From Bacteroidales bacterium (GTDB lineage Bacteria; Bacteroidota; Bacteroidia; Bacteroidales; UBA12077): a DNA stretch of 64,000 nucleotides. The DNA lies in NCBI GenBank assembly GCA_019038645.1, contig JAHOYT010000017.1, positions 15,039-79,038 of the forward strand. Direction: 5' to 3'. This document shows positions 8,772 to 17,491 of this stretch, in pieces (position 1 is the stretch's first letter; each line of letters starts with the position of its first letter). Below the pieces are notes generated by a model, which saw only the letters and a list, made by a program, of their open reading frames with translations, was not told where the DNA came from and did not search any database. Made by a program: the position numbers and the translations under genes.

Positions 8772-9869
8772 TTATACATTAAATCTTATATGCATTATAT
8801 CTCCATCCTCAACAATATAATTCTTACCTTCAATATGAAATTTTCCGGCCTCCTTAATTTTTACTTCAGACTCCAATTCAATAAAATCGATATATTTCAT
8901 AACTTCGGCGCGGATAAATCCCCGCTCCAAATCACTATGAATTGCTCCTGATGCTTGTGGTGCATTCATTCCTTTCTTAATTGTCCATGCTCTGATTTCC
9001 TTTGGACCAACCGTAAAGAAAGACATTAAATTTAACAACGAATATGCACTTCGGATTACTTTGTTTACTCCTGGCTCAGATAATCCAGCATCTGACAAAA
9101 ATTCATTTCTATCTTCAATATCCTCCAAATCTGCAATTTCAGCTTCCAGTTTTCCTGCAATCACAAGAATTTCTGTATTCTGATCTTTCAGGGCTTCTTT
9201 AACTTTCTCCACATAACTATTCCCGGATATTGCTGAGGCATCATCTACATTACAAACATAAATTACAGGTTTCGCTGTTAACAGAAATAAGTCATCAATA
9301 TGATTTTTATCTTTATCGGAAATCTGATAATCACGGACATTAAGCATTGATTCCAAATGTTCTTTTAAACCATTCAATACTTCAATTCCCTGTTTAGCCT
9401 CTTTATCTCCGGTTTTTGCAAGTTTCTCGTAACGCTGAATCTTCTTCTCTACTGATTCTAAGTCCTTTACCTGTAATTCAAAATCAATTGTTTCAATATC
9501 TCTTACAGGATCAACAGAACCATCAATATGTGGTAGATTTTCATCATCAAAACATCTTAATACATTAATCAGAGCAACTGTATTTCGTATATCACCTAAA
9601 AACTTATTTCCTACACCTTCGCCCTGATTAGCTCCCTTTGTTAAGCCCGGAATGTCAACTATCTCTACAGTTGCCGGAATAAGTTTTTCGGTAGGCTGGA
9701 GCTTTTCGAGTTCTAACAATCTGTTATCAGGTACATTAATAACTCCTAAATTTGATTTACTGGAACTAAAAGCAAAATTTGTTGTCTCAACTTTCGTATT
9801 CGACATACAATTAAACAGAGTTGATTTACCAACATTTGTTATCCCGATTATTCCGCACTGTAAACTCAT
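8772..9869 (-). CDS. ychF: Redox-regulated ribosome-binding ATPase YchF
   Basis: MSLQCGIIGITNVGKSTLFN P-loop start and a C-terminal TGS-like domain. The track ORF extends 12 codons upstream (to 9905), but the conserved family N-terminus begins at the ATG at 9869. Confidence 0.9.
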   Translation of the reverse strand: MSLQCGIIGITNVGKSTLFNCMSNTKVETTNFAFSSSKSNLGVINVPDNRLLELEKLQPTEKLIPATVEIVDIPGLTKGANQGEGVGNKFLGDIRNTVALINVLRCFDDENLPHIDGSVDPVRDIETIDFELQVKDLESVEKKIQRYEKLAKTGDKEAKQGIEVLNGLKEHLESMLNVRDYQISDKDKNHIDDLFLLTAKPVIYVCNVDDASAISGNSYVEKVKEALKDQNTEILVIAGKLEAEIADLEDIEDRNEFLSDAGLSEPGVNKVIRSAYSLLNLMSFFTVGPKEIRAWTIKKGMNAPQASGAIHSDLERGFIRAEVMKYIDFIELESEVKIKEAGKFHIEGKNYIVEDGDIMHIRFNV

Positions 9870-10089
9870 AATAAATAGTTTTATTAACACAATTTGAAGG
9901 CTCAAAATTACACTTTTTCAGCATTTTAAAAAGAGCATTTCAATAAAAAACTAATAGCCTTAATTTAATTCAAACATGTTAATAATAAATTAAAAACATA
10001 TTCCGTATAATATAATGAAAAACTGTATTTTTACAGCTTTGTTTAATTAGTTGAGAGGAATTTAATTACATAATATATTTTTAATAAAA

Positions 10090-10935
10090 ATGTCAGATAT
10101 TAATAAATTAAAAGAAACAGCATCGCAGGTGCGAAGAGATATTGTAAGAATGGTTCATGCACAGAATTCAGGTCACCCCGGCGGATCGTTAGGTTGTACA
10201 GATTTTATTACTGCTCTTTATTTTGAAATAATGAATCATGAGCCAGATAATTTCGATATGGATGGGAATAATCAGGATCTATTCTTTCTGTCGAACGGAC
10301 ATCTTTCCGCTTTATGGTATAGTGTTTTAGCACGTTCCGGATATTTCAAAACCGAAGAACTTTCAACATTCAGAACATTAAATTCACGATTGCAGGGACA
10401 TCCTACGACTAAGGAAGGATTGCCAGGAGTACGTGTAGCGTCTGGTTCTTTAGGACAAGGATTATCAGTTGCTTGTGGAGCTGCTCTTACAAAAAAACTA
10501 AATAATGATTCCAAACTGGTTTTTACACTTCATGGAGATGGTGAATTGCAGGAAGGTCAGATATGGGAAGCGGCAATGTTTGCAGCACAGCATAAAATAG
10601 ATAACCTGATTGCTACTGTTGATTATAATGGAAAACAAATTGATGGTCCGGTTGACGAAATAATTTCTCTTGGAAACCTGAAAGCTAAATGGGAAAGTTT
10701 TGGCTGGCAGGTTTTAGAAATGAATGGTAACGATATGGATGATGTGGTTAAGACCATTAATCATGCTAAAACTCTAACTGGTAAAGGAACGCCAATATTA
10801 ATAATAATGAAAACTGAAATGGGCATGGGCGTGGATTTCATGATGGGAACACACAAATGGCATGGTTCTGCACCTAACGATGAACAACTCGAGTCAGCTT
10901 TAAGTCAGTTGGAAGAAACTTTAGGAGATTATTAA
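10090..10935 (+). CDS. Transketolase, N-terminal (TPP-binding) subunit of split enzyme
   Basis: GHPGGSLG, GHLS and LHGDGELQEGQIWEA motifs. Its length matches the N-terminal half only. Confidence 0.9.
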   Translation: MSDINKLKETASQVRRDIVRMVHAQNSGHPGGSLGCTDFITALYFEIMNHEPDNFDMDGNNQDLFFLSNGHLSALWYSVLARSGYFKTEELSTFRTLNSRLQGHPTTKEGLPGVRVASGSLGQGLSVACGAALTKKLNNDSKLVFTLHGDGELQEGQIWEAAMFAAQHKIDNLIATVDYNGKQIDGPVDEIISLGNLKAKWESFGWQVLEMNGNDMDDVVKTINHAKTLTGKGTPILIIMKTEMGMGVDFMMGTHKWHGSAPNDEQLESALSQLEETLGDY

Positions 10936-10970
10936 CTTTTATAAGGTTGAACAAATAAAAATTAAAGGTT

Positions 10971-11372
10971 ATGAAGAATATTGTAATTATTGCGCATGAT
11001 ATTAAGAAACCTGAGATGGTTCAGTTTTTAAACGACCGCAAAGATTGGATTTTTGGTGTAAACTTAATTGCAACAGGAAGAACCGCGGAATATGTTGAAT
11101 CACAAGGAATTAAAGTGGAGCATTTTAGCCCTGGTGAATCGGGTGGGTATTTAGAAATTACGGAAAGAATCAAACGTAAAGAGATTGATATCGTAATATT
11201 CCTGCGCGATCCATTAATTAAACAAGGTCATCACGAAGATATTCAATTATTACTGGAAGCCTGTAATATGTATAACGTTCCACTGGCTACAAATTATGCC
11301 AGTGCCGAATTAATAATTCTGGGTCACATTAAAAAAGAGGATTACGAAAGAAGAAAATCAAAGGAAGATTAA
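10971..11372 (+). CDS. Methylglyoxal synthase-like (MGS-like) domain protein
   Basis: Aligns by eye with MgsA: IIAHD, ATGRTA, IDIVIFLRDPL, HHED and PLATN. Tyr60 sits where the MgsA catalytic Asp71 (GGD) is expected. Confidence 0.65.
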   Translation: MKNIVIIAHDIKKPEMVQFLNDRKDWIFGVNLIATGRTAEYVESQGIKVEHFSPGESGGYLEITERIKRKEIDIVIFLRDPLIKQGHHEDIQLLLEACNMYNVPLATNYASAELIILGHIKKEDYERRKSKED

Positions 11373-11411
11373 CCAGAACTGAAATTTTTCGATTTAAATT
11401 AAAACCATCAA

Positions 11412-12791
11412 TTGAAAATATCAATAAAATACATATTTGTCTTATTCTTTTTGTTCGTTGCAATTAATCTGCAGGCACAAAAAAATAAATCTGAGCCCCC
11501 TACATCCCGGATTTTATTCGTATTCGATGCTTCTCAAAGCATGTATGGAACATGGGAAAGCGGGAAAAAAATAAGTATTGCCCGGAACTATTTGATCCAA
11601 ATTATTGACAGTCTGGAACAACTTGACAATATACAAATGGCGCTAAGAGTTTATGGTCATCAGAGTCCGGTTCCTCCTCAAAATTGTAACGACACAAAGC
11701 TTGAAGTTCCTTTCATGACGGGCAATGCAGGACATATAAGGCAAAAACTCAGGTCTCTGATACCCAAAGGCACTACTCCGATTGCAAATTCTCTGGAGTT
11801 GGCTGCAAATGATTTCCCTGCCTGTGATAATTGTCGTAATATTATAATATTAATAACCGATGGAATTGAAGCCTGTGATGGAGATCCCTGCCAGGCATCT
11901 CTGAATCTACAGAAAAAAGGAATTGTACTAAAACCTTTTGTTATAGGTATAGGCATTGATCTGAATTTCGAAAAAACGTTTGAATGTGTAGGTCATTTTT
12001 ATAATACCCCGAATGAAGAAAAATTTCATGAAGTGTTGGGAGTTGTTATTTCCAGAGCGCTAAATTCTACAACTGCACAGGTTAACTTGCTCGATATTAA
12101 TGGAATGCCTACAGAAACAGACGTTAACATGACCTTCTTTGATCATGTCTCGGGTAGAGTTAAGTACAACTTTGTTCATACAATTAATTACATGGGTAAT
12201 CCCGATACATTGATTATTGATCCGTTAATTACATACGACATTGTGGTTCATACTTTGCCTGCTGTAAAAAAAAGCAACATTTCCCTTGCTGAAGGCAAAC
12301 ATAATATGATTGGAGTTAAAACTCCTCAGGGAGTTTTAAACATATCGTGTCCGGGAAGTAATCAATATAAGGATTTAGATATTATTATCCGCCAGAGTGA
12401 TAAACAACAAACCCTAAATATTCAAAAGAACAGTACCAACGAGAAATATATTGTTGGTGAATACGATTTAGAAATATTATCTATTCCCAGGCTTCTTGTT
12501 GAAAATGTTAAAATTGAACAAAATACAACAACAAATATTGAAATTCCACGTCCGGGCATTGCAAATTTTGCACTTTCATCCAATGGATTTGGTAGTATTT
12601 ATGTTGAAACAGCAGATACTTTAAAATGGGTTTATAATCTCGACCAGAATAAAACACAGCAAAATATTATAATGCAACCGGGAAATTACAGAGTTGTTTA
12701 CAGACCTAAAAATACAAAACAAGCAATTTATACAATTAATAAGCGATTCACTATAAAATCAGGATCATCAAAAAAAATAATACTTTATTAG
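11412..12791 (+). CDS. Secreted VWA domain-containing protein
   Basis: Signal peptide, MIDAS motif (FVFDASQSMYG ... TPI ... ITDGIE), and a roughly 250-aa beta-rich C-terminal part. Starts at TTG. Confidence 0.7.
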   Translation: MKISIKYIFVLFFLFVAINLQAQKNKSEPPTSRILFVFDASQSMYGTWESGKKISIARNYLIQIIDSLEQLDNIQMALRVYGHQSPVPPQNCNDTKLEVPFMTGNAGHIRQKLRSLIPKGTTPIANSLELAANDFPACDNCRNIIILITDGIEACDGDPCQASLNLQKKGIVLKPFVIGIGIDLNFEKTFECVGHFYNTPNEEKFHEVLGVVISRALNSTTAQVNLLDINGMPTETDVNMTFFDHVSGRVKYNFVHTINYMGNPDTLIIDPLITYDIVVHTLPAVKKSNISLAEGKHNMIGVKTPQGVLNISCPGSNQYKDLDIIIRQSDKQQTLNIQKNSTNEKYIVGEYDLEILSIPRLLVENVKIEQNTTTNIEIPRPGIANFALSSNGFGSIYVETADTLKWVYNLDQNKTQQNIIMQPGNYRVVYRPKNTKQAIYTINKRFTIKSGSSKKIILY

Positions 12792-12797
12792 ATTTAT

Positions 12798-13751
12798 ATG
12801 AAAAAGTTTGAATACAAAGACAAAAAAGATACCCGTTCAGGATTTGGGGCAGGACTATATGAGCTAGGTAAAAATAATGATAATGTGGTTGCCTTATGTG
12901 CAGATCTTATTGGATCATTAAAAATGAATCAGTTTGCAGATGAATTTCCTGAAAGGTTTTATCAGTGCGGTATTGCGGAAGCAAATATGATTGGAACAGC
13001 AGCAGGATTAACTATTGGCGGGAAGATTCCATTTACAGGTACTTTTGCAAATTTTGCCACCGGAAGGGTTTACGATCAGATAAGACAATCTGTAGCCTAC
13101 TCAGGTAAAAATGTAAAAATCTGTGCTTCGCATGCAGGAATAACTTTGGGAGAAGACGGTGCTACACATCAAATAATGGAAGATATAGGTTTAATGAAAA
13201 TGCTTCCGGGAATGGTTGTTATTAATCCTTGTGATTATAATCAAACGAAAGCTGCAACTATTGCTATTGCCGATTATGAAGGCCCTGTTTATCTTAGATT
13301 CGGGCGACCAAAAGTTCCTAATTTTACACCTGAAGATCAAAATTTCGAAATCGGAAAATCAATTTTACTAAGCGAAGGTACCGATGTAAGTATTTTTGCA
13401 ACAGGTCATTTAGTATGGAAAGCTATTGAAGCTGCCGAAATTTTAGAACAAAACGGAATTTCTTCAGAAATAATTAACATACACACTATTAAACCTTTGG
13501 ATGAAGAAGCTGTATTAAAGTCGGTGTCTAAAACAAAAGCAGTAGTAACAGCGGAAGAACATATGATGAACGGTGGTTTGGGTGATTCAATAGCTCAGTT
13601 ATTGAGCAGAAAATTACCAACACCAATGGAGATGGTTGCTGTTAATGACAAATTTGGTGAAAGTGGTAAACCAGAAGAATTGCTCATTAAATATGGTATT
13701 GATACTGAAAATATTGTCACTGCTGTTAAAGAAGTACTTAAAAGAAAATAA
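12798..13751 (+). CDS. Transketolase, C-terminal (pyrimidine-binding/C-terminal domain) subunit
   Basis: GIAEANMIG, HAGITLGEDGATHQ and GPVYLRFGR motifs. Complements the N-terminal subunit at 10090..10935. Confidence 0.9.
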   Translation: MKKFEYKDKKDTRSGFGAGLYELGKNNDNVVALCADLIGSLKMNQFADEFPERFYQCGIAEANMIGTAAGLTIGGKIPFTGTFANFATGRVYDQIRQSVAYSGKNVKICASHAGITLGEDGATHQIMEDIGLMKMLPGMVVINPCDYNQTKAATIAIADYEGPVYLRFGRPKVPNFTPEDQNFEIGKSILLSEGTDVSIFATGHLVWKAIEAAEILEQNGISSEIINIHTIKPLDEEAVLKSVSKTKAVVTAEEHMMNGGLGDSIAQLLSRKLPTPMEMVAVNDKFGESGKPEELLIKYGIDTENIVTAVKEVLKRK

Positions 13752-13804
13752 AATTATCTTTGTAAACTCTTATTAATTAATCGTTTTTTCTCTCTAACTG
13801 CATT

Positions 13805-14353
13805 ATGTCAGAATATAGCGATAAGGAGTTATTAGAACTCTTTAAAGATATCGAAAAACGCAATTTTGCTTTTAACCTGATAGTTAGAAAATATCAGCAG
13901 AAATTGTATTGGCATATTCGTAAGATTGTGATTAAACATGAGGATGCAGATGATATTTTACAAAACACTTTTATAAAAGTCTGGAAAAGTCTTGTGGGTT
14001 TTAGAGAAGATTCAAAATTATATACCTGGTTATACAGGATAGCAACAAATGAATCGCTAACATTCTTAAAACAACAAAAAACGAAATACTTAATGCCGAT
14101 TGTTGATTATGAAAATCAATTGAAAGAAACTCTGGAAAGTGATGAGTATTTTAACGGGGATGAAATACTACGTAATCTTCACAAGGCAATTCTTGGTTTA
14201 CCTGAAAAGCAACGAATTGTTTTTAACATGAAGTATTTTGAAGAAATGAAGTACGATGATATGTCCGAGATTCTTAAAACATCTGTCGGAGCGCTAAAAG
14301 CATCTTATCATCACGCGGTTAAGAAAATAGAAAAATATTTTACAGAAGATTAA
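13805..14353 (+). CDS. ECF-type RNA polymerase sigma-70 factor
   Basis: Region 2 (DADDILQNTFIKVW...YTWLYRIATNE) and region 4 (LPEKQRIVFNMKYFEEMKYDDMSEIL) are recognisable. Confidence 0.85.
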   Translation: MSEYSDKELLELFKDIEKRNFAFNLIVRKYQQKLYWHIRKIVIKHEDADDILQNTFIKVWKSLVGFREDSKLYTWLYRIATNESLTFLKQQKTKYLMPIVDYENQLKETLESDEYFNGDEILRNLHKAILGLPEKQRIVFNMKYFEEMKYDDMSEILKTSVGALKASYHHAVKKIEKYFTED

Positions 14354-14411
14354 ACTATTAAATTATTAAAAGGTCAAACAAACAGGGGAAACAAATTAGG
14401 GAAATATATAA

Positions 14412-14858
14412 ATGGGAAAATTTAATAAGAAATTGGAAGAATTGAAGGAAAATAACAAGAATCCGTTTTCGGTGCCTGAAGGATATTTTGATTCATTTCC
14501 GCAAAAATTGCAGGAAAGAATTAGTTCTGAGAGTCCCGAATATTATTGGTTTGCACGACTATTTCAGGTTGTGAAACAACAATTTGCATTAGGTTTTATG
14601 ATTGTAGCATTTGCTGTAATAGCTATTACTACTGTAAATGTTGTTCTTTCTGATAAAGCAGAGTCCGTTATTGATTCTGACTTATATACAAGAATAATTG
14701 AAGTTGATGCATCTGAATTTTCAGAACAACACTTTATCGATGTTTTGTTAAATGACGAAAAAGAAATTGAAGAACAAAAACAAAAAGAATCGGATCTCTA
14801 TATTTATTATTTGGTTGATGAGGATATAGATTATGGAACTTTAATTGATGAATTATAA
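14412..14858 (+). CDS. Putative membrane-anchored anti-sigma factor (hypothetical protein)
   Basis: Single central transmembrane helix, and located directly after the ECF sigma gene. No recognisable zinc anti-sigma motif. Confidence 0.4.
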   Translation: MGKFNKKLEELKENNKNPFSVPEGYFDSFPQKLQERISSESPEYYWFARLFQVVKQQFALGFMIVAFAVIAITTVNVVLSDKAESVIDSDLYTRIIEVDASEFSEQHFIDVLLNDEKEIEEQKQKESDLYIYYLVDEDIDYGTLIDEL

Positions 14859-14871
14859 AAATTAATATAAA

Positions 14872-15336
14872 ATGAAAATTATAAAATTCTTTCTTTTGTT
14901 AATACCTGTTATGACATTTGCATTTTCTATAAATGCTCAGGAAAGCAAAACAGATAAAGTGCAGGAAATCAAATCGCAAAAGATAGCATTCTTTACAGAT
15001 AAAATTGGTCTTACACCAGCGGAAGCACAGGTTTTCTGGCCTATTTATAATGATTACTGGGCTAAGAAAAATAAAATTATTGCAGACCGTAAAGAAAAAA
15101 TGACATATTTTGCTGATAATAGTGACAATATGAGTAATGACGTAATGATTCAGTATGCAGACCAATATATCCGATACGAAATGGAACTGGCAGAATTACT
15201 GGACGAATATCACAAAAAATTTAAAAAAATATTACCCATAAATAAGGTAATGAAAATATATCTTGCCGATTACGAATTCAAAACTTATCTGTTGAAGAAA
15301 ATTCGTGAGAGTGGTAAAGTTGACAAAAAAGAGTAG
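14872..15336 (+). CDS. Periplasmic protein, possibly Spy/CpxP-like
   Basis: Signal peptide and a helical, charged sequence (LTPAEAQVFWPIYNDYW). It is the third gene of the sigma/anti-sigma cluster. Function inferred from context only. Confidence 0.4.
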   Translation: MKIIKFFLLLIPVMTFAFSINAQESKTDKVQEIKSQKIAFFTDKIGLTPAEAQVFWPIYNDYWAKKNKIIADRKEKMTYFADNSDNMSNDVMIQYADQYIRYEMELAELLDEYHKKFKKILPINKVMKIYLADYEFKTYLLKKIRESGKVDKKE

Positions 15337-15391
15337 TTGATTTAGCACTTTTGTGTTCCCTCAAATATCCTCATAATCATTAAGATAATAA

Positions 15392-15430
15392 AAAAAGCTC
15401 CATCCTGATAGTTATCGGATGGAGCTTTTT
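15392..15430 (+). terminator. Intrinsic terminator after the sigma cluster
   Basis: 14-bp stem aaaaagctccatcc / ggatggagcttttt ending in a T-run. Confidence 0.7.
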
Positions 15431-15525
15431 ACTTTTACTCTATTTCAATCAACCGTTTTAAAAGTTAGGCGTGTTATTATTAAGTGCAATTAATAAACAT
15501 AAATAAAATCACACCATCCTGTATT

Positions 15526-15605
15526 GGAATGTCATTCCTGACGCAGTGAAACGAAGATCAGGAATCTTAAAAGAATATAGATTCCCGCCTTCGCGGGAAT
15601 GACAT
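15526..15605. repeat. Composite REP-like palindromic element
   Basis: Consecutive hairpins ggaatgtcattcc, attcctga-N16-tcaggaat and attcccgc-cttc-gcgggaat form a GC-rich island in an AT-rich spacer. Confidence 0.5.
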
Positions 15606-15653
15606 AAAAGGGCAAGCTAAATATGCACAAGCTATGTATTGTGGTTGAGTAAT

Positions 15654-15681
15654 AAAAGCGTGGTCGTTTTGCCACGCTTTT
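15654..15681. terminator. Intrinsic terminator downstream of the MIO lyase gene
   Basis: Stem aaaagcgtgg / ccacgctttt with an 8-nt loop, 13 nt from the stop of 15694..17220. Confidence 0.6.
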
Positions 15682-15693
15682 TAAGAATTATTA

Positions 15694-17220
15694 TTAATCA
15701 AGACTTCCAACTACTTTTTCAACCTCATCTAATATTTCACAAGACTTAACCAGGTCTTTCATAACTGTGTGATCAGGATATAACGGACGATCAATCTCTA
15801 AGAAATCAACATACTTACGAACAACCTCTTTCGCCATTGTAACTCCTTTTCCAAAACTATACTCACGGAAATCTAATGCCTGTGCAGCAGCCATAATCTC
15901 AATTCCAAGAATTCCATATGCATTATCCATAATCTGGAAATTCTTAATTGCAGTATTCATACCCATTGATACGAAATCTTCCTGATCGGCTGCAGCAGGA
16001 ATAGATTGAATTGATGCAGGTGCTGAAAGAATTCTTTGTTCAACAATTTGCATATCAGCAGTATACTGACTTAACATTAAGCCAGAAAACATTCCGGCAC
16101 CTTTTGTTAAGAATGCTGGCAAACCAACACTTAATGCTGGGTGATTTAAACGGTTCATTCTACGTTCCGACATAACACAAACCATTGTAATAGCAGCACC
16201 AGCCATATCCATTGGTACTGATACCGGAGATCCCTGGAAATTAGCTCCTGACAATTGCAGGTTTTCTTCCGGAAAGAAAATTGGATTGTCACCTACTCCG
16301 TTTAATTCAATTTCAACCTGAGATCGGGCCCAACGCATTGCATCATGCGCAGCACCAATAACTTGTGGAGTAGAACGCATAGAGTAAGCATCCTGAACTT
16401 TACATTGTACCTTACCTTCTTTTAAATCACCGCCTGCAACTAATTTATTAATTGCATTTGCACTTCGTACAGCACCCTGAAATCCCCGTACTTCATGTAA
16501 TTTTGCAGTATACGGTTTCATATTTGCTTTTAATGCTTCTAAAGACATTGAAGCAGCAATTTCAGCTTGCTTTAAAAAATTATTAGCATCAACTAAGAAA
16601 ATAGCACTCATTGCTGTTAAAACATTTGATCCGTTAATAGTCGCCAGACCATCACGAGCTTCTAATCCAGGAATCGGGATTCCTGCTTTATCCATAGCTT
16701 CTTTGCCATCAAGTAATTCACCATTATAATATGCCTGACCTTCGCCCATTAATAAAAGAGCTATTTGCGACATAGGAGCTAAATCGCCACTGGCTCCAAC
16801 AGAACCTTTCTGACATACAAAAGGAGTTACACCTTTATTAAGCATATCAACTAAAGTTTGAGTAATTACTTCGCGGCAACCAGAATTACCATGTGCATGA
16901 ACATTAATACGTCCTAACATAGCTCCACGAACATACTCTATTGGAGCAGGATCGCCAATACCTGCAGCATGGTTATATACTAAATATTTTTGAAAATCTT
17001 TTACCTGATCATCATTTAAAACTACTTCAGAAAATTCTCCGATACCTGTGTTAACACCATACATAATTTCGTTTGCTACGATTTTTTTCTCAAGCATATC
17101 ACGACATATGTTTATTCTTTTAACAGCATCAGGGTGAAGTTCAACTTTTCGTCCGTTACGACCAACTTCAACAATATTCTCTATTGTTAATCCACTACCT
17201 TTAATAATTAATTTGTCCAT
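15694..17220 (-). CDS. MIO-dependent aromatic amino acid/histidine ammonia-lyase family protein (divergent paralog)
   Basis: ASG MIO triad (GSVGASGDLAP), NGSN, QDAYSMRSTPQV and QEDFVSMG are present. The selectivity dipeptide reads N-H (LVYNHAAG). Confidence 0.85.
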   Translation of the reverse strand: MDKLIIKGSGLTIENIVEVGRNGRKVELHPDAVKRINICRDMLEKKIVANEIMYGVNTGIGEFSEVVLNDDQVKDFQKYLVYNHAAGIGDPAPIEYVRGAMLGRINVHAHGNSGCREVITQTLVDMLNKGVTPFVCQKGSVGASGDLAPMSQIALLLMGEGQAYYNGELLDGKEAMDKAGIPIPGLEARDGLATINGSNVLTAMSAIFLVDANNFLKQAEIAASMSLEALKANMKPYTAKLHEVRGFQGAVRSANAINKLVAGGDLKEGKVQCKVQDAYSMRSTPQVIGAAHDAMRWARSQVEIELNGVGDNPIFFPEENLQLSGANFQGSPVSVPMDMAGAAITMVCVMSERRMNRLNHPALSVGLPAFLTKGAGMFSGLMLSQYTADMQIVEQRILSAPASIQSIPAAADQEDFVSMGMNTAIKNFQIMDNAYGILGIEIMAAAQALDFREYSFGKGVTMAKEVVRKYVDFLEIDRPLYPDHTVMKDLVKSCEILDEVEKVVGSLD

Positions 17221-17375
17221 AATAAGTTTAATATTTATTTGGTTAAATATAATGTGTTAGCTAAAAAATAATAAAATATAAAATGAATTGTTTTTGGAAT
17301 TAAAACATTGCGGATCTGTTAATTTTAATAAGAAAGTCAAGAATCCATCGTTTCATAATCCTGAAGATTAATTGC

Positions 17376-17409
17376 ACAAGTTAGTAAAAGCTATTTGAAG
17401 TTCCTAAAA
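17376..17409. repeat. 34-nt intergenic repeat, copy A
   Basis: acaagttagtaaaagctatttgaagttcctaaaa matches copy B at 18665..18698 in 31 of 34 positions. Confidence 0.6.
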
Positions 17410-17491
17410 TTTTACATTTTTAAAGATTCAAAATAAAAAAACGCCCCCATAATTTGAGACGCTTTCTGTAACAGTATTTAATAAAAAAATA

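Noticed and set aside
9870-9905. Upstream ATG giving YchF an extra MSLQIVLIKLFI leader. The MSLQ tetrapeptide occurs twice.
   Set aside because: The YchF family starts directly at the P-loop strand (MSLQCGIIG...). The repeated MSLQ is most simply coincidence, so the downstream ATG at 9869 was chosen.
17396-17409. The gaagttcctaaaa part of the 34-nt repeat resembles an FRT/Flp half-site (GAAGTTCCTATTC).
   Set aside because: Only about 9 nt match. There is no inverted partner arm or spacer, and no tyrosine recombinase gene is nearby. Treated as a chance resemblance.
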